DNA from: Stramenopiles sp. TOSAG23-2
Taxonomy: Eukaryota
Length of the DNA stretch: 49,470 nt
Assembly (NCBI GenBank): GCA_900128395.1
Contig: LT649273.1
Location: forward strand, 1 to 49,470
Direction: 5' to 3'
Under the pieces are notes generated by a model. It saw nothing but the letters and a program-made list of their open reading frames with translations, was not told the DNA's origin and searched no databases. A program made the translations under genes and the position numbers. This document shows, one piece after another, positions 31,819 through 42,386 of this stretch (positions are counted from its first letter, which is position 1; every line of letters begins with the position of its first letter).

Positions 31819-34800
31819 CTACACTTTCAACTTTTTAATATTTCTAGTATCTGTAGCAGTAGCAATCATATCAGTTTTTACTTCATTTCTAGTAGGATCT
31901 ACTTGATTTTCCAGCTCAACACCATTTTGTTTACATTCATCAGTCATAATTTGCAGTCTGTTTGGATCTGGCCAACCATGATTTTGTGGACCACCACTAG
32001 TTTGGGTTTTCTGGTGTATTCCTCCCCAAATTACACAATTATCCATTCCAGAGGATACGCTTTGCCCGACAACAAATAAAACCCCTTTCATGAATGCTTT
32101 CTTTAATAATTCAACCATGGTAATGCCTTCTCTTGTATTAGGATAGTAACAGCGCCTGGTCGTGCCACGATAATTTTTGCCTGGGTTTTTCATTCTACTG
32201 CCTTGTATTGAGTTGTTAAAAACGTAAGTTATTTCATAAGTTCCTTGTCCAGAAGATCCACTGCAATGTAAATTTTGTAATAATTTTATTGACATTGACC
32301 CCGAAGGCTGAGCACCATTTACATTATTAAAATGGTGACTACACAAAGGACACCGGGCTTTATTATCCAACCACCTCTTCAATGCTTTTTTTTTAAATAC
32401 ATGACCACAAGGCAATTTTACAACACCAATCTTCACTCCGTCTCCGATCGGCTGAAAGTCAAAAATACATTTTTCTTGCGGATCATACTCGGGTGGATAA
32501 ACACGTTTCCATCTAGCCACGATGTCCCAATCAATACTATCCTCGTATCGAAAAGTTAAAGTATCATTGGTAACTTGATGCCACTTCTTCCTCTTCTTTT
32601 GCTTGTTTTTGTTGCAATTGCTTGCATTATCAATTTTTCTGCTAGAAAATGTATTGTTGTTGTTATTATTGTTACCAGTTGTTGTATTATACAAATATGG
32701 TGACCCTACATTTGACATTGCATTGTTGCGGATACTTGCAACATGTCCATTAAACGTATTGTTATTGCTATTTTCAAAATGGACAACAAATATTGGCAAT
32801 TGATGCGCAGTTTTATTAATAACTACAACATTGGAATTATTATATGTCACACCGCTATTGTCCATCAAGCATGCAAATACAATCATTTTTAATTTCTTTC
32901 CTTTACAATAATTCATTGAAATCTGTGCAGATGTGCCAAAATATTCTCCCGCACCATGCGCCTGGCCATGGCATCCACGTTTTTGAGGATCCATTCCATT
33001 CTTACAAATATTAGCAACATTTTTCGTATCTGTCCCATGGAACATGCATTTTATTACCTCACTTGGCACACTTTGCCATGATTCAACAAAATTATTATAA
33101 AGGTTTTGGCCCGGTAACGAATAAATATTCTTTTCAACGCGCGTTATTTTGTACTGAGGGCATGTTGCTTGAAATTTCGTTAATAGAAAATTACCAATCT
33201 CTTTTCGTTGTATCTGTAACAAGTCAAGCACACCATGGCATTCATATTGCCCTACATGAGCTTCGCCACCACATTGGACACAAATTGATGATTTGCATAC
33301 AGAACACTTATTGCCATGTTTAGAATTGAAATCAATCGTTGGTTTTGGACCAATATGATTTGCATTGTGCTGTATCCCATTTATGATGTTCATTCTAGTA
33401 TTTAAACATGTATCACTTTGACACCACCATAAATTGGGATTTAAAGATACCCGCTTTTCAACTAATTTTCTACGTAACGATTCATACAGTATTTTTTCAT
33501 CATTCTTTTTGCCATTGGTAATAAACATTGAGTTTCCAGTGACACGTTCCCCTACAAACAACACCTCTATATCTTCCTCTTGAATTATAACATCAAATTT
33601 GCAATGACATAAATGTTTGCACTTTTTGTCCGATTTATTTTTACAAATATATTTTTCAACGGGGCATCGAAGACCTTTCACTAAAGGCATTTGCAATAGG
33701 GTGCTTAGCTCATTTACAAAGTGATTTTTCAAACATTCTTTACAGCAATGCAATTCATGATAGTTGCGCTGACCAATCGTGCATGAAAAAGAATATGGTA
33801 CCTACACGTAATAGAGAGTATATATTTACAAATTTTTATTTCCACGCATAAATTATATTTAAAGTTTGTTTAGATATGCATATAGACTAAGCGGTTAGTT
33901 AAATACTAGAAATGATAATGTGTGTTTGATGGTACTTACAAAATGTTTGCATAAAATACACGAAAAAGCAGTTGATAATAAATTTTTCCACCTCGACACA
34001 CTTTCAATACAGAATTTACGAATACCCGATGCGTAAGTACCACTGTTACGAATTAGTGCAATGACATTGTTACTTTCATCTAAAGATGACGGCTTGCTCG
34101 TTAATACTGTATCCAATTTTGTTGAAACCCAGATATGTTTATGACGAATAACTGAGGCATAATCAAAATATTTCATACCACGTATTATATTTACCGCCAT
34201 TAAAATATCTTTAATATTTTCCCACTTCTTCATAGTTATCTTAAAAGTAATATTTAGGTCCCTTTCTTGAAACAAAAATTTAAATCCATCGTTTCGTCGT
34301 TCTTCTAGCGATTTGCGCTTCTTCGGGACATCTTCATCAACAATTAACCCAATAGAATGCGCAGCATATAAATCTATAGGGTTATAATTTACGTAAATAT
34401 TTCGAGGCGCTATATAATCTAGCAAAAACGTCTTGTTAAAATTGACAGCCTTGAACAGATTCTTCCATGCAAACACTATAGACTCGACAAGACTCTCAAA
34501 TAGGTGGGTAACGTTTTCTATTTTCGATGTTAGCATTGTAAGTTCCAACTTTAAGTCTTTAATTTTTGTTTCACTGTAATCATCAAACATAAATAAATGT
34601 GCTTGGTGGTTTGAAGTCGCACTAGTCACATCGCACTTTGATATTTCGCCATTGATTATACATTTTTTTAATTGGATGAGTTTTTGTAAGTTCGTCATTG
34701 CCTCTTCACGTAGACTAATTTTGCGTTTACAAGTTTCTATTTCCAGATTTAAATGTTTGTTATGGATAGATGTTTCTGACGTGTATGCATTCAGATTATA

Positions 34801-37800
34801 TTCGCCTAACGCTAGCCTTACATTTAACAATATGTTATTCAAAAAGGCACATTCATTTTTGTGCCCATTTAAAGCATTTACAGTTGTTTCAACAAAATTT
34901 TTTAAGTTTGTTAAAGGAATGGTTTGAACGTTTTGGACGTATCCAACTAAAAGTTCCGGTTTGAACGGCGGCCGTTGGAAATGATGCACAAATTTAAGAT
35001 CTCTGACAATTATAATTTTGCCATCCGTTTTAAGCAGTGAAATGCTTTCTATCGAGTCTTCTTTCCAACTTGACCCAGTAGCTACACCTGATGATTTCAA
35101 TGCAATATCTGAAATAGTAAATTTGGGTTCACGTGAATTGCTATTACAACCTGAATAAAAAACTACATCTCCCTTGGAAAATTCTCGCATCTTTAATGCA
35201 GCGGGAAAATCGAAGTATAACTTGTATCGAAAATTACTTAGTGATTGAATTCGTTCTTCTGAAATATCAGATGGTGTATCATTTTGTATGATAAAGTTCT
35301 TCTTCCCGGCTAGTTTATTGGAACCGCTAAATGCAAAAGATGTAAAATATGCCTGTATAGACTTGATACAAATGTTAATTTTTGCAGTTCGCTCTATTAC
35401 GGACTTAGATAGCTCCATATGTTCATTTAATAGAGAATCCAAATCTTCTTCAACAACCATGCCAAGTTTTGCCTCAATTGTTTTCGGGTTATCTATACAC
35501 ATTTCATTTTTTCCACTGCTCGTTTCCATTTCTAGTGAATACGACTGGTGTTGACTTTTATAGTTCTCGGCAATCTCTGGCGTTACTGTTTTAAATGCAC
35601 TGCTACACTTTTCACTATGATCAAATAAGTTCTCCGCTCGAATCGCTTGTGGAATGACAAATGCGGCCCCGGAACCTTCCTTCCAGTTTACATCATTGTC
35701 ATCATCTTCACCACAAACTAATATGTTATGAACTTTGTGCTCTTTTTGATATCTAGGATATTCTTTGCAAAGCGTTGCAATCCATTCTGAACAACATTTG
35801 CGTACTGAAGTTGTTAAATCCAAGTTGCGTTGTAAATCTATTTTATGTAATTTGAAGAGAAGCTTTGCCCATAAATTGAAATTCATATTTGCATTACAAA
35901 ATGCATACAATAATGCACTACAAGCTTTTGCAAGAGGTGTATATTTTAAAAAGACATACTCGCTTGAAAAGAATTTTAACGATGTCTTGGCTTGCGAAAC
36001 AGTTGCTTTCTTCTCTTTTAGGCTGCTAAAAGGATAGATGTCCGCTAATTTGATCATCATGTCCATCCCAGTCACCGCATATAATCGAAAATTTAACGAA
36101 TTGTTTATATCGATTTCACAATCGTAGACGTCTTCATGTGAAACCTTATGTTCCAATTGAGTAATTATATCTTGTACACATAATCTCATATCTTTATTAT
36201 CTGACAATTTTGATGCCAATTTAATACAAACCAGACATGTAAGCTCTATTTTCGATTTTGCGATACTTTTTTGTGACAAATATCGATCCAAAATATTAAT
36301 AGCTAGTGCTAGAATTTTGCAGTCAAAACATTTCCATTCAAGCATATATAAGACCGTCCTATTACGATATTTTGGTATGAAGCCATCCTTCTGTATTTGT
36401 TCAATATAACAAGGATTCGGCTGGGTTCTTTTATATATGCTTAGCATTGTTTTTAAGCCTGACCCTTCTAATTGTCGCTGCATAGAAGCATTCAAATATT
36501 TGACAAGTTTACTAATCCCCATTATAGTATCTTTTTGCATTTGTGATTTCTTAAGACTATCCAACAAATTGCCTTTTTTATTATCACCATCGATATTAAT
36601 TGGTAAGCATGACATATTTTGCTTATTAAAATTAAGGCATTCGTACGATAATGAATACAAATCGTGCCTGGCTCTATATGCAATATTTGTCTCAAGAATG
36701 ATATATTTTACAATATCTGTAACTGACATAATCTTGTCATTTGCGAAAGTGGATATTGTTGCCGTCGTCGTCGTCGTTGTAGTGGTGGTGGTGGCCGTCG
36801 TCGTTGTAGTTGTTGTTGTGGGCATTGTCATGTTCGATAACGAAGTTGAAGTCTCGCTGCTACGAATAGCATGAAGCAAATGTATGTATAAATGTTTTCC
36901 AGTTATTTTTTTAAGTTCTATACTCGAATCAAACATTCGTATTGGCAAACATACTCTATGCCATTTCAAACATGCTAAATGTTCTCTTTCTTTTGAAGTG
37001 AGATTTCGAATATTGCGATATGCATTTTTTAATCCTGATTTATATAACAATTTTTGCACAAATGCTTGAATATTTGCTTTATTAGGAAATTTGATCATGA
37101 CTAAAATTGCTTGTTTTACAGTCATTTCGTCGCAATACACATTATTCAACACTTTAAATACATGTTCGTGCAAGAAAATATCACTTTCATGCTGAAGTGC
37201 CGATAAGATACATTGGATTCCACCTAAAGTCGCAAAACGATCTTGTATAGCTTTGTTATCATGACAAATGCTTGCCAATGCCTCGCAAGCATACTTTTGA
37301 ACATTACCATCTTCTACATGCTTATTCATTGCTGCTATAATGCACTTTAAGCCACCTAAATGAGCAATACGATCCTGAGCGGTTTTATCATTCCAACACA
37401 TTGAGTTTAATGCTTTGCATGCATTCTTTTGAATACTACTGCAATTATTTATATGGTTATTCATAGCTGCGATAACACATGTTATACCGCCCAACTTTTT
37501 AACAGCTTGTCGTATGGCTTTGTCACGCCAACTAGCGTGCATCAATGCTTCGCATGCATCTTTCTGAATAGTACCATTATTAGAATGATTCTTCATTGCT
37601 GCTATGATATATTTAATACCACCTAACTGATGATGAATACGACCATCTTTGTCACTCTGACACATGTACTTCAATGCTGTGCATGCATTTTCCTGAACAG
37701 CAACATTGTTTATATGATTACTCATCGCTACTACGATGCATTTCATTCCGCCTAAACTTGCAACCTGATACGTGCTTTTGTCGTCGTAACACACCCAGCT

Positions 37801-38979
37801 TAATATTTTGCACGCATACTTTTGAACATTACCATCTTGTTTATGATTATTCATTGCTGCAATAATGCATTGTAAGCCACCTAAACTAGCAATATGATCT
37901 TGCTTGACCCCGAAGCTCAAAGAGATATCAATCAATACTTTACATGCGCAAGACTGAATATCTATATTATCTGTATGATTATTCATAGCTTCAATAAGAC
38001 GTTCAATAACACTACAAATATCAATTGTTCCAATAGATTTCTGTATTTTATTAATACAGGATTTTGTGAAATTGCAATATTCAAAATACATCATCATGAT
38101 ATAACAGCCATGGCGTTGAATATTTAAGTCAGCTTGATGTAAATGCATTAGCTTCAATATCAATGCAATCACGTTTTCCTTTTCAAATACTAGAAAAATT
38201 TTTGGAATAGTTAGAAATGCTCGTAACGCCAACAAGTTGCATGCTTGATAGTTAGGTTCGGCCCTGTCAGTTCGAATAGCAGCAATTGCAGTACGAATAC
38301 CTTCAAACTTTATATGGTTGCGAATAGAATACCCCCGATAAATTTTTTGTATTCTAATTGCCGCTATAGTCGTTTTGTCTTTTGCACCTCCGATATGACG
38401 ATATTTTTGAAATAACGTTGAATTTGATTGGATGTTAAACAAATTTTTTACAGGCATGAAACTGTTTTTCATCAAGTCAATTACTTTCGTTTCATACAGA
38501 ATATACCATAATTCTGTTGGAACTCGTGTGCGTTTGTAAAGTTTTTCGTGTAATTCTTTCACAGTAGTAGTTCCAGATATATTAAATTTCAGCATTTTAT
38601 TGCAGATTGTTTGAACAAAAATTTCAATTTCTTCGTCTTTTGGACAACCCTTGGCTATAACATCGGTCTTGGATACACTCCCGGAATCATCTTCCATTTG
38701 TTTTCCTTTGTTAAATTCAATCATATTAGCCGCTCTTAATATAAGACGCCGCCACCAAATATACTTTGCCTTTGTATATTCATCTTCTTTCGCCTCTACC
38801 TCACTGCATGTCACATATGTTTTTCCAAGTTCATCTTTCAATGCCTTTTTTCGCGCACGAGCTTTTTCCGCTAAACCTCGTAAAGATAAATGGGTTCCAT
38901 ACTGGCAGTTTGCCGTAAGGATCTCACTTTTACCGTTGTTTGTTTTAATTGTTTGAAAATTGTTGTTTGTATTCATCAT
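31819..38979 (-). CDS. ~2340-aa multidomain protein: UBL-IQ-ARM repeats-cyclin-RING-IBR-PARP-like ART-RING-Deltex C-terminal; complement(join(31819..33801,33940..38979))
   Basis: UBL IEIFVQT...RHIGG. IQ AAIRIQKIYRG. About 8 ARM repeats (LGGLQCIIAAMNNH...VQKYAC). Cyclin box (LAINILDRYLS...CIKLASKL). RING spanning the intron. IBR (WCQSDTC...CSVC...CVQCGGEAH...C). ART (FHGT...GAGEYF...SMNY). DTC (GAQPSGSM...GIHQKT...HGWPDP). Confidence 0.82.
33802..33939 (-). other. Spliceosomal intron (138 bp, phase 0)
   Basis: Minus-strand GTAAGT donor at 33939 and GTGTAG acceptor ending at 33802. Splicing gives CILCKHF|VPYSFSC...HCCKEC...CPVEKYIC, a complete RING. Confidence 0.82.
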
Positions 38980-39283
38980 ATTTATTTTGTATATATGATA
39001 TATTTTATATTTGTTTTCGATCAATTGTCTTTAGTCGTCTACGTTCTACGTATCAATTTTATTATTATTTTTTAGACTTTTATTATTATTTTGTTTATCA
39101 AATTAAGTGTTTTATATAAGATTTTTATTTTATTTATTTTGTATATATGATATATTTTATATTTGTTTTCGATCAATTGTCTTTAGTCGTCTACGTTCTA
39201 CGTATCAATTTTATTATTATTTTTTAGACTTTTATTATTATTTTGTTTATCAAATTAAGTGTTTTATATAAGATTTTTATTTT
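38980..39283. repeat. Exact tandem duplication, 2 x 152 bp, abutting the start codon of the giant gene
   Basis: 38980-39131 is identical to 39132-39283. Confidence 0.9.
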
Positions 39284-39716
39284 ATTTCTTTCGTAAAACA
39301 ATAGGATTCAACTATCATTGTGTGGATTTTTGATCAATGGAATCAGTATAGGAACCCTTAAATTAAATCGCCAACGAAGATACGCCGCGCAACATGTTGT
39401 TTTGCTATGCTGTTTCTATCGTAATATCATCAAAAAAAAATTGTCAAAATGTAAAAATTAAAAATGAAGACCTCCTTTTCCATATTTAATATGGACATAT
39501 CATTATCAAAGGGTATATTGCACGAGTATATCTTTTCACGCTAAATTCGCCAAATTTCATCATTGTTAGAATTACAATGGTAATACTATTGTATTTCTTT
39601 TTATTTTCGCAGTCGTCGTCTGATGTGGTAATACCTGGTATCATACTATACTACATACAGTACTATATATACCTTCTTCTTCTTTGAAATATATAAATAT
39701 ACACACAGATATAGAT

Positions 39717-39942
39717 ATAGATATAGATATATAGAAATATAATAATACAAAAATACCATACAAATAAAAACATATATTATTATCATTATCATATTTAAAA
39801 ACAAATGTCGTCATCAAACCAAGCACAGCATAGATATAGATATATAGAAATATAATAATACAAAAATACCATACAAATAAAAACATATATTATTATCATT
39901 ATCATATTTAAAAACAAATGTCGTCATCAAACCAAGCACAGC
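39717..39942. repeat. Exact tandem duplication, 2 x 113 bp spanning a start codon
   Basis: atgtcgtcatcaaaccaagcacagc occurs at 39805 and 39918 with identical upstream sequence. Confidence 0.92.
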
Positions 39943-42386
39943 TTAATAATGCTTCTACAGCACCGGTTGTAAAATCGGAGGTTGGGATGAAACCAAACGA
40001 AAAGAAGAAGTTGCCAAATGAAAATAATGTTCAAAGTAGTAATGCCAAGAAAATGCGTAATTATAATTCAAAGGCTGCAGGTACCAAAAGAGCTGCGAGT
40101 AATACATTTTTTACGGTCGACAATATGAAAGTGTATCATAAGAAATCACGAAAAGTAACTACGCTTACAAACTTTGATGTCGCAAAGCAACATGGCTGGG
40201 GGGATGGAGAAAATGCTTACAAAAAAAATTTATACAAGCAAACGTTGTTAAAAGCATGTATGGAGAGTCGCTTTGAAGATGTCAAAACGTTAATTACAGA
40301 ACATGCGAATGAGGATTTTGAGGGCACAATTCTAAATGAAGAGCATTTATGCCACATTATTAATGGGAAAACCCGTGACAGCAATCTTACTGATGTACAA
40401 GTCGACATTGTCGAATATTTACTACAACATGTGGTTACAATACATCCACGGGACTCTCAGGCGAAAAATGAGCTTGATACAGCAATCACAAATACTCGGC
40501 GACCATTCGGTGGATTCTCACAACAGATGAACAAAAACTTTGTATCTAAATGGTCTTACAAAACCAGTGCATTACTAGCTGCTTTCGACAAAGTATTGCA
40601 TATTGAAGACAACCAGTTACCTGCAAATGTTCAAAGGTTGATAAAAATATTGTTGTTAAAAATGCCAGATGATGAAAATACGCATAATTTTTTCTGCTCT
40701 TTAATACATAGGTTTAATAACAATAATTGCCATCGTTATCTTGAACACTTGTTTCAAATCAATTCAAATCAATTCGGATTTCAAATTAGGTATTCATATA
40801 CGTATTTACATGAACATAGGTTTAATAACAATAATTGCCATCGTTATCTTGAACACTTGTTTCAAATCAATTCAAATCAATTCGGATTTCAAATTAGGTA
40901 TTCATATACGTATTTACATGAAAAGGCGGCTACATTCCGTCATTTGCTTCAAAGGTATCGCTTTAATTATGTTAAATTATTCGTTGCAAGACATAAGGAA
41001 ATGCCAATTGACATTGCTTTCAAAAATACTCTTGATGATGACGATTTATATCGTATTATTGTAATTGCAAAAAATATTTTGCTAAAAATGCCACATGACT
41101 CAAACCAACATGTAAAGTCTGCAATTACGCATTATTATTTACATTATACATCAACACCATTTTTAAGCATATGCAAGGAATGTCGATTTGAAGATTTAAA
41201 ATTATTTCTTACGAATGATAAGGACATTAAGATCAATGGTTTAGTTTTAAGCAATATTATGTCTCGTGAAAGTATTATTACTGATGTACAAGTTGACATG
41301 ATTGAATATTTACTGGAACATGTAGTAACGATGCGTCCACGCTTCGGCCACGTTTCGGATTCGTCTCATTCTAGAGAAATCTCATATTCCGATGTAGTAA
41401 GTGCATTAGGAAATGTTTTAAAAAACGAATTATCGGCAAATGCGCAAAGATTAATCAAAATATATTTGCATAAAATGCCGCATGACCAAGAGATGCATGA
41501 TAATGTGTACGAGTTGAAACATATTTATGAAAAAAAGCGTAATACAGCCATTACGCATATTCTATGGGACCATTATTTATATCATGCCTCAACACCATTT
41601 TTGAGTGCATGCAAGGAAGGTCGATTTGAAGATGTTAAATCATTTTTTACAAAAGAGAAGGAAAGTATGGGTGGATCAGCTACGGTTGGGCCATCTGTGT
41701 GTTTTGCTATTGGTGGTATTTATGAATCTCGTGAAAGTATGCTAACTGATGTACAAGTTGACATTGTTGAATATTTATTGAATCATGGGAAATGGGCTAG
41801 TTATAATGCATTAATGGCTGCTTTAGATAAAACAAGTCGAATTAATCTTAAAGAAGAAGCAAATTTACCAAAGAATATTGAAAGATTGTTAAAAATGTTA
41901 TTGGAAAAAATGGACAGAGGCGAAAAGGAGTATGCCGCACAGTGGTGGAATTATGGGTCCCTAACTGCATTTGATTACGTTCATAGTGCCGAACGTTATG
42001 GTACCGATGAAGTCGGCTATGGTACCGATGATCCTGGTCTACATTGCCGATTTGACGAAAAAATTAGATCTGCTATTCTTCATATACTATGGAACTATGG
42101 AGTGCATTCTGAGTGTTATATGAACTATGGTGTTGATGTCGCAAGACAATGTCACATGTGTGAAAATTATTACAAAGTTCCTTGTAATACTATAATAGGT
42201 TGGGGTATTAATGGCGAGGAACATGAAACAGCAGAATGTGTATGTTGCGAACAATTCTACTGCACAGAGGGTGACTGTCGTGGATATTGTCCTTGTCAGG
42301 AATGCTCAATTTGTGCACATTGCGCAGATGGACACGATGATAATGAGTATAATAATTTGTATAACAATGTTTGCAGCCGCAAATAA
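39918..42386 (+). CDS. Hypothetical protein with three ankyrin-like helical modules and a C-terminal Cys-rich (probable Zn-binding) domain
   Basis: Three copies of (P)FLxxCKExRFEDxK...LTDVQVDxxEYLL...LPANxQRLIKxxLxKMP. CxxC-rich C-terminus. Confidence 0.75.
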   Translation: MSSSNQAQLNNASTAPVVKSEVGMKPNEKKKLPNENNVQSSNAKKMRNYNSKAAGTKRAASNTFFTVDNMKVYHKKSRKVTTLTNFDVAKQHGWGDGENAYKKNLYKQTLLKACMESRFEDVKTLITEHANEDFEGTILNEEHLCHIINGKTRDSNLTDVQVDIVEYLLQHVVTIHPRDSQAKNELDTAITNTRRPFGGFSQQMNKNFVSKWSYKTSALLAAFDKVLHIEDNQLPANVQRLIKILLLKMPDDENTHNFFCSLIHRFNNNNCHRYLEHLFQINSNQFGFQIRYSYTYLHEHRFNNNNCHRYLEHLFQINSNQFGFQIRYSYTYLHEKAATFRHLLQRYRFNYVKLFVARHKEMPIDIAFKNTLDDDDLYRIIVIAKNILLKMPHDSNQHVKSAITHYYLHYTSTPFLSICKECRFEDLKLFLTNDKDIKINGLVLSNIMSRESIITDVQVDMIEYLLEHVVTMRPRFGHVSDSSHSREISYSDVVSALGNVLKNELSANAQRLIKIYLHKMPHDQEMHDNVYELKHIYEKKRNTAITHILWDHYLYHASTPFLSACKEGRFEDVKSFFTKEKESMGGSATVGPSVCFAIGGIYESRESMLTDVQVDIVEYLLNHGKWASYNALMAALDKTSRINLKEEANLPKNIERLLKMLLEKMDRGEKEYAAQWWNYGSLTAFDYVHSAERYGTDEVGYGTDDPGLHCRFDEKIRSAILHILWNYGVHSECYMNYGVDVARQCHMCENYYKVPCNTIIGWGINGEEHETAECVCCEQFYCTEGDCRGYCPCQECSICAHCADGHDDNEYNNLYNNVCSRK
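40706..40921. repeat. Exact in-frame coding tandem duplication, 2 x 108 bp (36 aa)
   Basis: HRFNNNNCHRYLEHLFQINSNQFGFQIRYSYTYLHE occurs twice. Confidence 0.92.
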
